From NCBI GenBank assembly GCA_037135035.1, contig JBAXLB010000001.1, positions 23,102-87,101 of the forward strand: a stretch of DNA of 64,000 bases, given 5' to 3'. Under the pieces are notes generated by a model. The model saw nothing but the letters and a program-made list of their open reading frames with translations. It was not told where the DNA came from and ran no database searches. Numbering within the stretch: the first letter of the stretch is position 1; the number at the start of each line of letters is the position of its first letter. Of the stretch, positions 10,004 through 18,801 are shown in pieces. Position numbers and translations under genes: made by a program. This DNA comes from Candidatus Adlerbacteria bacterium. GTDB lineage: Bacteria; Patescibacteriota; Minisyncoccia; Phycocordibacterales; SBAW01.

Positions 10004-11011
10004 ATGCGTATCGAAGAGAATATCGCGCTCGCGCCCCACACCACATTTTTTATTGGGGGCAGAGCGCGATTTTTTGTGCACGCAAAAACAGTCGATGATG
10101 TGCGGGACACATGTGCGTTTGCGCGTGACAAAAATATTCCCGTACTTGTACTCGGCGGGGGCTCCAATATGTTGGTTGGCGACGCAGGGTTCGACGGTAT
10201 TGTTATAAAAATTGAACTGGACGGAATTGTGCAGGACGGAGATACGCTTGTTGCGGGCGCAGGAGAAAGTTGGGACAGAGTTGTTGCGTATGCAGTCGAA
10301 AAAAAACTCTGGGGGCTTGAAAACCTTTCGGGTATTCCGGGGAGCGTTGGTGGTGCGGTGGTGCAGGGTATTGGTGCATACGGCGCAGCAGTAGGACAAA
10401 CACTTTCGTGGGTTGAGGTGTTTGACCGTGACAATGGAGAAATAAAAAAAATGTCGAATTCCGAATGCCGCTTTGGTTACCGGGACAGTTTTTTTAAACA
10501 TGATAACGAGAAGCATATTATTTTGCGTGCTGCGTTTACGCTTTCGCTATCGGCGGCCGCAACTATTTCATACAAAGACTTGGCAGCAAAATTTAGTGAC
10601 TCCTCTGCAGAAGAGATAGACATACAGGCTGTCCGCACTGCCGTACTTGATATCCGAAAGGGGAAGTTTCCGGACCTTTCTGCCGAAGGTACTGCTGGGT
10701 CGTTTTTTAAAAATCCAATTATGTCAGCTGCTGATGCGAGTGCGCTTAAGCAGGCGTACCCTGACATGCCTCTGTTTGCTATGCCCGAAACCGACGGTGT
10801 TAAAGTGCCGCTTGCGTGGTTACTTGACCACGCACTTGGCTTGCACGGTGCACGCGTGGGCGGTGCGCGGTTATTTGAAAAACAAATACTTGTTATTGCG
10901 GCAGATCGAGAGACATCTTCAATAGATGTAGTAACACTTGCGCGAGATGTACAGAAAAAAGTTTTTGATGAATTAAAAATAAAAATAGAACCAGAAGTAA
11001 AAATAATTTAA
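10004..11011 (+). CDS. murB: UDP-N-acetylenolpyruvoylglucosamine reductase
   Basis: FAD-binding PCMH-type N-terminus 'LAPHTTFFIGGRARFF...VLVLGGGSNML' and a MurB C-terminal domain. Confidence 0.9.
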   Translation: MRIEENIALAPHTTFFIGGRARFFVHAKTVDDVRDTCAFARDKNIPVLVLGGGSNMLVGDAGFDGIVIKIELDGIVQDGDTLVAGAGESWDRVVAYAVEKKLWGLENLSGIPGSVGGAVVQGIGAYGAAVGQTLSWVEVFDRDNGEIKKMSNSECRFGYRDSFFKHDNEKHIILRAAFTLSLSAAATISYKDLAAKFSDSSAEEIDIQAVRTAVLDIRKGKFPDLSAEGTAGSFFKNPIMSAADASALKQAYPDMPLFAMPETDGVKVPLAWLLDHALGLHGARVGGARLFEKQILVIAADRETSSIDVVTLARDVQKKVFDELKIKIEPEVKII

Positions 11012-11202
11012 TTTTTTATTTTTTTTAAATTTAAAAAATAAAAAAGTTATCCACAGAATAAAAATATTTTTCATTGTATCTGTATCGTATGTATTCGATA
11101 CTTGTGTGTAGAGCATCGAGATTGTATATGCCCTTGTCCGCGGACAAACATACACAAGGTCGGTCGATGTCCAGACAACTTGCGACGCGAGTCGCCAAAA
11201 TT

Positions 11203-11247
11203 ATGGCAGCAAAGAAAAAGAAAGCAGCAAAAAAGAAGCGCAAATAG
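11203..11247 (+). CDS. Tiny Lys-rich ORF (MAAKKKKAAKKKRK) inside a structured intergenic transcript. Coding status uncertain.
   Basis: ATG...TAG, 14 codons. It is followed by a hairpin and a terminator. No homolog recognised. Confidence 0.15.
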   Translation: MAAKKKKAAKKKRK

Positions 11248-11302
11248 TCGCGTTTCCGTTTTCAATATACAATTGAAAACGTTGATCCTCTCGAAAGAAA
11301 AG

Positions 11303-11331
11303 TCTTCCGCCTCAGGCGGAGGATTTTTCTT
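11303..11331 (+). terminator. Rho-independent terminator-like hairpin (tccgcc-tca-ggcgga + T-run) 40 nt upstream of secA
   Basis: GC stem followed by 'TTTTTCTTT', seen directly in the sequence. Confidence 0.5.
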
Positions 11332-11373
11332 TATGGCGTTTCTCGGGCAAAAAAATACGCAATATGTTATTCT

Positions 11374-13851
11374 GTGCACATGTTTTCGCTTAGCAGCATC
11401 TTTGGTGATTCCAGTAAAAAGGTCATTGCAGAGAGCCAAAAAACAGTTTCTGCCATAGGCGCTCTCGAGGCTGAATATCAGGCCTATTCAGACACGACCC
11501 TTGCAGATAAGACTGTAGAATTTCGCCTACGCCTTGAGCGGGGCGAAACACTTGACGCCTTGTTGCCAGAAGCTTTTGCTGCAGTGCGGGAAAGTGCGCG
11601 CCGTACCCTGCATTTGCGCCCGTTTGATGTACAGATGGTCGGCGGTATAGTGCTCAACAACCGCGGCATTGCCGAAATGAAGACAGGTGAAGGTAAGACG
11701 CTTGTCGCAACACTCCCTGCATATTTAAATGCTCTGGCAGGAAAAGGAGTCCACGTTATTACTGTTAACGACTATCTCGCACGGCGCGATGCTGTGTGGA
11801 TGGGGCAGGTATATGCCGCACTGGGAATGTCGCTCGGTGTTATTAACGGGGATGCGTCGTATGTCTATGATGCATCACATTCGGAAAATGATGCGATACG
11901 TGACGAAGAAGGAAGCTTCCGTGTACTGTACGAATTTTTGCGCCCGTGTTCACGGCGCGAGGCATACGAAGCAGACATCACATACGGCACTAATAGCGAA
12001 TTTGGGTTCGACTATCTGCGCGATAATATTTCGTATAATTCAAACGAGCTGCGTCAGCGCGGACACTATTTTGCTATTGTCGACGAAATCGACTCGATTT
12101 TAATTGACGAAGCGCGCACTCCACTTATTATTTCGGCTCCTGCGCAGGAGTCGGAGGACTTGTACCGGCAATTTGCCGACATTGCTGCCAAGTTAAACTC
12201 TGACACTGACTACACCGTCGACGAAAAACAAAAAGCGATACAACTCACCGATACTGGTATTGAACATGCAGAAAAATTGCTGGGTATAGAAAATATCTAC
12301 ACCGAAAAAGGTATCAAGTATGTGCACCATTTAGAAACTGCTGTTCGCGCACGTGCATTGTTTATGCGCGACAAAAGCTATGTGGTAAAAAATGGGGAAG
12401 TTATTATTGTCGACGAGTTTACAGGCCGCATGCAGCCGGGCCGTCGTTGGTCGGAAGGCTTGCACCAGGCAATTGAGGCAAAAGAACATGTTCCCGTACA
12501 AAAAGAGTCGCGCACGTTTGCGTCTATTACGTACCAAAACTATTTCCGCCTGTATGAAAAGCTTGCCGGCATGACCGGTACCGCAAAAACCTCTGCTGAG
12601 GAATTTTATAAAGTATACGGGTTGGAGACAGTAGAGATCCCGACTAACCGGGACGTTGTGCGCGCCGACCGCAACGACCAGATATTCCAAACGGAACAAG
12701 GTAAATTCAAAGCACTCGCACGCAAAATTAAAGAGCTGCATGCAAAGGGGCAGCCGGTGTTGGTGGGCACCGTTTCTATTGAAAAGAACGAACTCCTTTC
12801 TGCATATTTAAAAACAGAAGGCGTCCCGCATGAAATCTTGAATGCAAAAAACCACGAACGTGAGGGCGAAATTGTCGCCTCTGCTGGGCACAAAGGTAAG
12901 GTTACTGTTGCAACTAACATGGCTGGCCGTGGTGTGGACATTAAACTGGGTGGAATTTCTGCAACTAAAGAAGAGTCGGACGAGATAAAAAATATGGGTG
13001 GGTTGTTTGTGCTCGGCACTGAGCGGCATGAAGCTCGTCGTATCGACAACCAACTCCGAGGGCGCTCTGGCCGCCAGGGCGACCCGGGCGAGACGCAGTT
13101 TTTTGTATCGCTCGAGGACTCTTTGATGCGCGTATTTGCCCCAGACTCTATAAAAGGTTTGATGGGCCGCTTTGGTATACCGGAAGACGAGCCTATTGAA
13201 AACTCGCTGGTGACCCGTGCGCTTGAAAGTGCGCAGACAAAAATTGAAGGTTTTAACTTTGATGCACGCAAGCATGTGCTCGAATTCGACAACGTGCTCG
13301 ACCGCCAGCGCCGTGCCGTGTATGAGCGCCGCCGTAAAGTGCTTGTCGGTTCACTCGACGAAGTTGAAGACGTATTGAAAGAATTAGCTGCTACAAGTGA
13401 AGAAGCAGTGCAATTACTGTCCAAAAAAGAAGTTGAATTTGGTCGCGAAGAGTTTTTGGGTACTGCACGCAATGTTGTCCTGCAAACACTCGACCTGCTG
13501 TGGGTGGAGCATTTGGAGTCGATGGAGTACTTGCGGGGCAGCGTTAACTTGCGTGCCTACGGCCAGCGTGACCCACTGACCGAATACCGTAAGGAAGGTA
13601 CGCGTATGTACAAAGAGCTGGAATATATGCTCGCCGCCCGTGTGTTTGAAATTTTGGACGGTTTGGTAAAAAATGCAGTACAGCCGATGCCACTACCGAC
13701 ACCAGTTGTTACACTTTCTGCATTGCCCGACGGCGTCGTTGACGAAGTTGGCCGCAATGATATGTGCCCATGCGGTTCTGGTAAAAAATATAAAAACTGC
13801 GGCCTTAAAAATACTGAGGAGCATCAGAAGCTGACAGCCGAGAAAAAGTAA
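11374..13851 (+). CDS. secA: Preprotein translocase ATPase SecA
   Basis: DEAD-like motor motifs ('MKTGEGKTLVATLPAYLNAL', 'VTVATNMAGRGVDIKLG') and the C-terminal zinc finger 'CPCGSGKKYKNCG'. Confidence 0.95.
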   Translation: MHMFSLSSIFGDSSKKVIAESQKTVSAIGALEAEYQAYSDTTLADKTVEFRLRLERGETLDALLPEAFAAVRESARRTLHLRPFDVQMVGGIVLNNRGIAEMKTGEGKTLVATLPAYLNALAGKGVHVITVNDYLARRDAVWMGQVYAALGMSLGVINGDASYVYDASHSENDAIRDEEGSFRVLYEFLRPCSRREAYEADITYGTNSEFGFDYLRDNISYNSNELRQRGHYFAIVDEIDSILIDEARTPLIISAPAQESEDLYRQFADIAAKLNSDTDYTVDEKQKAIQLTDTGIEHAEKLLGIENIYTEKGIKYVHHLETAVRARALFMRDKSYVVKNGEVIIVDEFTGRMQPGRRWSEGLHQAIEAKEHVPVQKESRTFASITYQNYFRLYEKLAGMTGTAKTSAEEFYKVYGLETVEIPTNRDVVRADRNDQIFQTEQGKFKALARKIKELHAKGQPVLVGTVSIEKNELLSAYLKTEGVPHEILNAKNHEREGEIVASAGHKGKVTVATNMAGRGVDIKLGGISATKEESDEIKNMGGLFVLGTERHEARRIDNQLRGRSGRQGDPGETQFFVSLEDSLMRVFAPDSIKGLMGRFGIPEDEPIENSLVTRALESAQTKIEGFNFDARKHVLEFDNVLDRQRRAVYERRRKVLVGSLDEVEDVLKELAATSEEAVQLLSKKEVEFGREEFLGTARNVVLQTLDLLWVEHLESMEYLRGSVNLRAYGQRDPLTEYRKEGTRMYKELEYMLAARVFEILDGLVKNAVQPMPLPTPVVTLSALPDGVVDEVGRNDMCPCGSGKKYKNCGLKNTEEHQKLTAEKK

Positions 13852-13855
13852 TACT

Positions 13856-14287
13856 ATGCGAGAAAGTGCAGGAGGAATTGTCGTGGGGCCGGACGGGCGT
13901 ATTGTGCTTGTATTTCAACACGGTAATTCGTGGTCGTTCCCTAAGGGTGGAGTAGAGGAGGGGGAGACATCTGCACAAGCTGCTACTCGAGAAATATATG
14001 AAGAAGCGGGCATCACACAGCTAGAGTTTGTAGAAGAACTTGGCTCGTACGAGCGATCCTCGATAGGAAAAGATGGGATAGGCGAGCATATAGAATGGGG
14101 CCTACAAAAGAAAACATTGTTTCTCTACACTACTAACCAGCACGCACTCCAACCTCACGACAGCGAGGTTACTGAGGCTCGTTATGTCACACTCGACGAA
14201 GCAACCGAGATGTTGACCCATCCAAAAGACCGCGAGTTTTTGACTAGTGTTCGCGGTAGAATAGACGCATGGATGCATTCGCACTAA
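13856..14287 (+). CDS. Nudix hydrolase
   Basis: Canonical Nudix box 'GGVEEGETSAQAATREIYEEAGI'. Confidence 0.85.
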   Translation: MRESAGGIVVGPDGRIVLVFQHGNSWSFPKGGVEEGETSAQAATREIYEEAGITQLEFVEELGSYERSSIGKDGIGEHIEWGLQKKTLFLYTTNQHALQPHDSEVTEARYVTLDEATEMLTHPKDREFLTSVRGRIDAWMHSH

Positions 14288-15051
14288 CCCCTGCAGCATT
14301 TCTGGCAGGTGTATTAATGTTTTTAGCTCCTTGCACACTGCCGATAATCCCTGGGTATTTGGCGTTTATTGCGGGTGTGCCAGAGCGTGAGTTAGCAAAA
14401 ACTGCCTCGCCCATAGGGCTACGGCCGAGGGGGTTTACTGAAAGTCGCAGGCGTGTGATGCGTAATGCACTGTTTTTTGTACTTGGGTTTTCTGTTGTGT
14501 TTATTATATTGGGGTTGTTTGCTGCGACTCTTGGGGGCATACTCGGGGCCTGGCGCCCGTTTATAAGCCGTGCCGCTGGGGCGGTAATTATACTTTTTGG
14601 GCTGACGATGCTCGGGGTACTTAAAATCCCAGTGTTGTTGTCTGAAAAACGTATACGCACGCCGCACTTTATTACTGTTGGCCGGCCTGAAAGTTCTTTT
14701 GTAATAGGTGTGCTGTTTGCGCTGGGGTGGACACCGTGCGTCGGGCCAATTTTAGGGACGGTGCTTTTGTTTGCTTCAAGTTCTGCAACTTCGGTACAAG
14801 GTGCGCTACTGCTTGGGGTATTTTCCCTAGGGCTCGGTATCCCATTTTTACTTACTGCTTTTTTAATAGGAAGCGCAGGGAAATTTTTTGCACGTATGCA
14901 GGGTAGCATTACGCTCCTTTCAAAACTCGCAGGCGGGCTCCTTGTAGTATTTGGCCTTTCTATGATGGTTGGATATATGGGAGTGTTTACCGAGTGGGTA
15001 GCGGAGTTGTGCAGGACATTTGGGGCAGATGCGTTGCTCCAGTACTTGTAA
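14269..15051 (+). CDS. ccdA: Cytochrome c-type biogenesis/thiol-disulfide transporter CcdA (DsbD transmembrane domain family)
   Basis: 'FLAPCTLPIIPGYLAFIAG' CcdA signature with a second conserved Cys ('GWTPCVGPILG'), and 6 TM helices. Confidence 0.8.
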   Translation: MDAFALTPAAFLAGVLMFLAPCTLPIIPGYLAFIAGVPERELAKTASPIGLRPRGFTESRRRVMRNALFFVLGFSVVFIILGLFAATLGGILGAWRPFISRAAGAVIILFGLTMLGVLKIPVLLSEKRIRTPHFITVGRPESSFVIGVLFALGWTPCVGPILGTVLLFASSSATSVQGALLLGVFSLGLGIPFLLTAFLIGSAGKFFARMQGSITLLSKLAGGLLVVFGLSMMVGYMGVFTEWVAELCRTFGADALLQYL

Positions 15052-15068
15052 CCTGCTAGCATATAACG

Positions 15069-15203
15069 TATGTCGTGGTTCACTATCGGAATACTAGTTG
15101 TTGTGGGGTTTTTAGTGCTCAAATTCCTTGTAAAGCCACTGTTTAAGGTAGTGGCACTCGTGGCGCTTGTCCTTATAGCCTGGTGGTTGTACAAGGGTTT
15201 TTA
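15069..15203 (+). CDS. Unannotated 44-aa hydrophobic small ORF (MSWFTIGILVVVGFLVLKFLVKPLFKVVALVALVLIAWWLYKGF)
   Basis: ATG...TAA ORF filling the ccdA-obg gap. Two predicted TM segments. Below the 60-aa cutoff of the ORF track. Confidence 0.3.
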
Positions 15204-15205
15204 AT

Positions 15206-16177
15206 ATGTCTTTTGTCGATGAATTAGATATAAACGCGCGGGCGGGTAACGGTGGCAATGGTGTTGTCCGCTGGTTGCACTTAAAGTCCCAAGAATATTC
15301 GGGCCCAGCCGGGGGTAACGGCGGAGACGGTGGCGATTTTTATATACGTGGCGTACGTGACATCAACCTCCTTGCCCGTTACCGGGGTGAGAAAAAGTTT
15401 GAAGCAGACGATGGCGACGAAGGGGGCAACCGCAACAAAGAAGGTGCTGGAGGTAAGGATTTTTATCTCGACTTGCCTGTAGGCTCGATTGTGCGTAATA
15501 AGACAACAGGTGAAGAGTTTGAGCTTGTAAGCGAAGGTCAGCAAATACTTATTTTGAAAGGCGGCCGTGGCGGGGCAGGGAACACGGCATTTAAGTCGTC
15601 GACAAACCAGAGCCCTATGGAGAGCATGCCGGGCGCCCGTGGCGAAGTAGCACAACTGCATATCGAGTTGCGTTTGTTTGCCGATGCCGGGCTTATAGGG
15701 TTGCCAAACGCAGGTAAGTCGTCGCTCTTGAACGCGCTTACAGGAGCGTCGGCAAAAGTTGGTTCGTATGCATTTACTACTCTCGACCCAAACTTGGGAG
15801 CCCTGTACGGCCTGGTACTCGCCGATATCCCCGGTATTATCGAGGGAGCTTCTTCGGGGAAGGGTTTGGGGTTTAAATTTCTTCGCCACATTTCCCGCAC
15901 ACGGCTTCTTGTGCACTGTGTCTCACTCGAGTCGGATACTCCGCTTGAAGACTATCAGGTTATCCGTGACGAGTTATCTCGTTTTGAACAGGGCGCACTT
16001 GTGACAAACCCAGAAATAATCGTTTTGACCAAGTCGGATACCCGAGATTCTCTCTATATACAAGAAATAAAAGAGCTTTTTATACACGAAGGCAAGCAGG
16101 TGAGTATCCTGTCTATTTTGGACGACGAATCGGTAAAAGAATTCCGCGACACCCTTGTTGCAACTCTGTCTGCATAA
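15206..16177 (+). CDS. obg: GTPase Obg (short form without C-terminal TGS/OCT domain)
   Basis: Gly-rich Obg fold 'NGGNGVVRWLH...GGNGGDGGDF' and G-domain motifs 'GLPNAGKSS' and 'DIPG'. Confidence 0.9.
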   Translation: MSFVDELDINARAGNGGNGVVRWLHLKSQEYSGPAGGNGGDGGDFYIRGVRDINLLARYRGEKKFEADDGDEGGNRNKEGAGGKDFYLDLPVGSIVRNKTTGEEFELVSEGQQILILKGGRGGAGNTAFKSSTNQSPMESMPGARGEVAQLHIELRLFADAGLIGLPNAGKSSLLNALTGASAKVGSYAFTTLDPNLGALYGLVLADIPGIIEGASSGKGLGFKFLRHISRTRLLVHCVSLESDTPLEDYQVIRDELSRFEQGALVTNPEIIVLTKSDTRDSLYIQEIKELFIHEGKQVSILSILDDESVKEFRDTLVATLSA

Positions 16178-16207
16178 AGCCCTGGTTTGCGGTAGTATAG
16201 TAAGGAA

Positions 16208-17569
16208 ATGAGCGAATATAGGCCCACAATAGGCTTGGAAATACATGCCGAACTGAACACCTACACCAAGATGTTTTGTGGGTGCCTAAATAATGCGGAC
16301 GAAAAGAGCCCAAACGTGAACATCTGTCCTGTTTGTATGGCGCACCCAGGGACACTGCCCGTTATAAACAAAGCGGCCGTCAGCCACGTGTTGCGTATGG
16401 GCGTGGCGCTTGGCTCAAAACTTGCTGACTATACCGAGTTTGACCGTAAGAGTTATTTTTACCCAGACATCCCAAAGGGATATCAAATTAGCCAATTTGC
16501 ATACCCGCTAGTGCAAGGCGGGTCGCTGAAGGGGATAGAGATTACCCGCATCCATTTAGAAGAGGACACAGCGCGTTCGCAGCATGTCGGCGAGACGAGT
16601 CTCGTAGACTTTAACCGTGCAGGTGTGCCGTTGATGGAACTTGTGACTGAGCCCGTGATACACACCGCAGAAGACGCCGGTGCGTTTGCTCGCGAGTTGC
16701 AGTTGTTGCTTCGCTACCTAGGTGCCTCGGAGGCAAATATGGAAAAAGGCGAGATGCGTGTCGAGGCCAATATCTCTGTCAGCAAGACAGATACCTTCGG
16801 TACAAAAGTGGAAGTTAAAAACCTCAACTCGTTTCGCTCGGTTGAGCGAGCTATCGCATTTGAAATTGCTCGGCAAGTCGAGGTACTTGAAGGTGGGGGA
16901 CAGGTGGTCCAGGAGACCCGCGGGTGGAATGAAGGGAACCAGACAACTTTCTCTCAACGTAAAAAAGAGTCGAGTCACGACTACCGCTATTTCCCGGACC
17001 CCGACTTGCCAAAACTCGTGCTGTCGGAACTACCAGAATTTTCTACCGACTCTATTACAAAAGAGTTACCTGAACTGCCGTGGCAAAAACGCGAGCGTTT
17101 GAAGAGTCTCGGATTTTTACAAGAGCAAGACATCGAGCAGTTGGTGGGCGACTTTGAGTTGTCGGTCCTATTTACAGAGATAGAAAAAAAATTGACCCAA
17201 CCCGAACTACTCAAAATTGCTGCAAACTTTATACTCAACGACATCGCTGGACAGCGAAAGAAAAAACCAGAATGGTTGCCGCGCACTGAACTTATCATTG
17301 AGGTGGTAGAAAAATATGCTGAAGGGAAGTTGGCATCGCCGCAAGCAAAGGCGTCGATCCTTGCGGGGATATTGGTTGCGACTATAGACGAGAGTACGCT
17401 CCCGGCGCTTGTTCAAAAAATAGTTGATGCAAACCCTGTAGTGGTTGCGGAGTACAGAGCTGGGAAGGAAGCGGTACTTCAATTTTTAGTAGGGCAAGGT
17501 ATGAAGGAGACCAAAGGTTCCGCTAACCCGGGCACATTGGCCGAGGAATTTAAAAAGGCTCTCAAGTAG
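16208..17569 (+). CDS. gatB: Asp-tRNA(Asn)/Glu-tRNA(Gln) amidotransferase subunit B
   Basis: 'TIGLEIHAELNTYTKMFCGC' is the GatB N-terminus. Full-length homology pattern. Confidence 0.9.
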   Translation: MSEYRPTIGLEIHAELNTYTKMFCGCLNNADEKSPNVNICPVCMAHPGTLPVINKAAVSHVLRMGVALGSKLADYTEFDRKSYFYPDIPKGYQISQFAYPLVQGGSLKGIEITRIHLEEDTARSQHVGETSLVDFNRAGVPLMELVTEPVIHTAEDAGAFARELQLLLRYLGASEANMEKGEMRVEANISVSKTDTFGTKVEVKNLNSFRSVERAIAFEIARQVEVLEGGGQVVQETRGWNEGNQTTFSQRKKESSHDYRYFPDPDLPKLVLSELPEFSTDSITKELPELPWQKRERLKSLGFLQEQDIEQLVGDFELSVLFTEIEKKLTQPELLKIAANFILNDIAGQRKKKPEWLPRTELIIEVVEKYAEGKLASPQAKASILAGILVATIDESTLPALVQKIVDANPVVVAEYRAGKEAVLQFLVGQGMKETKGSANPGTLAEEFKKALK

Positions 17570-17593
17570 GAGATATCAAAATACATCAAAAAA

Positions 17594-17617
17594 CTCGGGG
17601 GTAACCCCGAGTTTTTT
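17594..17617 (+). terminator. Rho-independent terminator after gatB (ctcgggg-gtaa-ccccgag + TTTTTT)
   Basis: Perfect 7-bp GC stem, tetraloop and T6 run. Confidence 0.7.
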
Positions 17618-17639
17618 GATGCTGTATACTAGTCTGTAT

Positions 17640-18371
17640 ATGGATGAGCTAGAAATCTCGGGTAAGCGATACATCTCGTCTAAACGTATTGCTAAAGAAA
17701 ACAAGTACCACTCCGACTATATCGGCCAGCTTATACGTGCAGGTAAAGTTGCTGGTACCAAGGTAGGCAGGGCGTGGTACGTGGAGGAAGCGTCGTTTGC
17801 AGAGTATCTGAACAAAGAGCACAAGATCTATTCTGCTCCCACCCCTTCTGAAAAACCCTCGGTCGCTGCTGTGACTGTAGAAGAGACTCCACTTCCCGTA
17901 GACCTTGAAGCAAAAGAAGCTGAAGAAAAAAATATAATCCAATTGCATGTTATGCCCGAGGAAAAAGTGGAAGAAGTTCTTGAGCAAGAAATATCGACAC
18001 CTGTTGCGGTGTACACGCCTCCAATAAAAAAAACAGGCCTTACCTATATTGCAGACTCGAGCCCTTTGTTTCCTGCAATTTCCAGACGCACAAAACCTCT
18101 TCCTGTAGCTGTAGTGGAAGAGCCTGAAGAAATATACAGAGAAGTTTTGGTAGAAAGAGTGCCTACCAAACGAGCAAAAGAATCAAATAAAAAAATAGTA
18201 GTGTCAGCCTTTTCGTTTCTTGTGTTGAGTGGTATTTTATTTGCTGTTGCTTTGTACGGCTCACTGAACGTTACTACAACGCTTATTGTTGAGAAAGGGA
18301 AATCAGCAAGTGTAGTTCTTTCAGGAAATAACGCACTCTGCTTCATTTTTAATACTTGTCAAAAGATATAG
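17640..18371 (+). CDS. Membrane-anchored protein with N-terminal excisionase/HTH_17-like domain, paralogous to the N-terminus of the giant protein
   Basis: 'ISSKRIAKENKYHSDYIGQLIRAGKVAGTKVGRAWYVEE' aligns with residues 13-53 of the 18802 protein. A C-terminal TM helix is 'VVSAFSFLVLSGILFAVALYG'. The ORF track starts at 17616 (TTG). Confidence 0.6.
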   Translation: MDELEISGKRYISSKRIAKENKYHSDYIGQLIRAGKVAGTKVGRAWYVEEASFAEYLNKEHKIYSAPTPSEKPSVAAVTVEETPLPVDLEAKEAEEKNIIQLHVMPEEKVEEVLEQEISTPVAVYTPPIKKTGLTYIADSSPLFPAISRRTKPLPVAVVEEPEEIYREVLVERVPTKRAKESNKKIVVSAFSFLVLSGILFAVALYGSLNVTTTLIVEKGKSASVVLSGNNALCFIFNTCQKI

Positions 18372-18442
18372 ATACGAGCAGTTTGTTGTCTGAACAGAAA
18401 GAGAGTTTTTCCATGTAGGGCAGAGCTGCTGACATACGTAAC

Positions 18443-18461
18443 CTCCTTCGGGAGGGTTTTT
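18443..18461 (+). terminator. Rho-independent terminator (cctcc-ttcg-ggagg + TTTTT)
   Basis: GC stem plus T-run 70 nt after the stop of the 17640 gene. Confidence 0.6.
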
Positions 18462-18801
18462 AATGTTTATATTTCACCTCTGATAGCCGAGATATCGTTT
18501 AAACAAGGTATAAAAAGTTTATTTTGCTTCAGTTCTCGTCTAGTAGAGATAAATCATTTTTTTATAAAAAATCTAGAAGTAAAAAACTTAGAGACAGATA
18601 AAAATGCTTACACAACTGTTGAGTTTTAGTATGTATATAGATTGTAAAGTTTCACTAAAATATTTTTTATGTGTAGATGAAGTTTTTTATTTCTATCCAC
18701 AGTTTTTTGAAATTTTTTTGTAAAATAATATTCGTTTTGCTCGTACAATGTAGGGCAGTGCTTCCTCCGAAATAACTGAGTAAACAAAAGACACATCGCC
18801 C

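Noticed and set aside
8181-10516. Minus-strand ORFs overlapping the O-antigen-ligase-like gene and murB (8439-8993, 9665-10516, 9949-10434)
   Set aside because: They fully overlap well-supported plus-strand genes (Wzy_C motif, MurB) and have no recognisable domains. They are alternative-frame artefacts.
12606-13472. 288-aa minus-strand ORF inside secA
   Set aside because: It is antisense to the unambiguous SecA coding sequence. The translation is Ser/Arg-rich with no motif.
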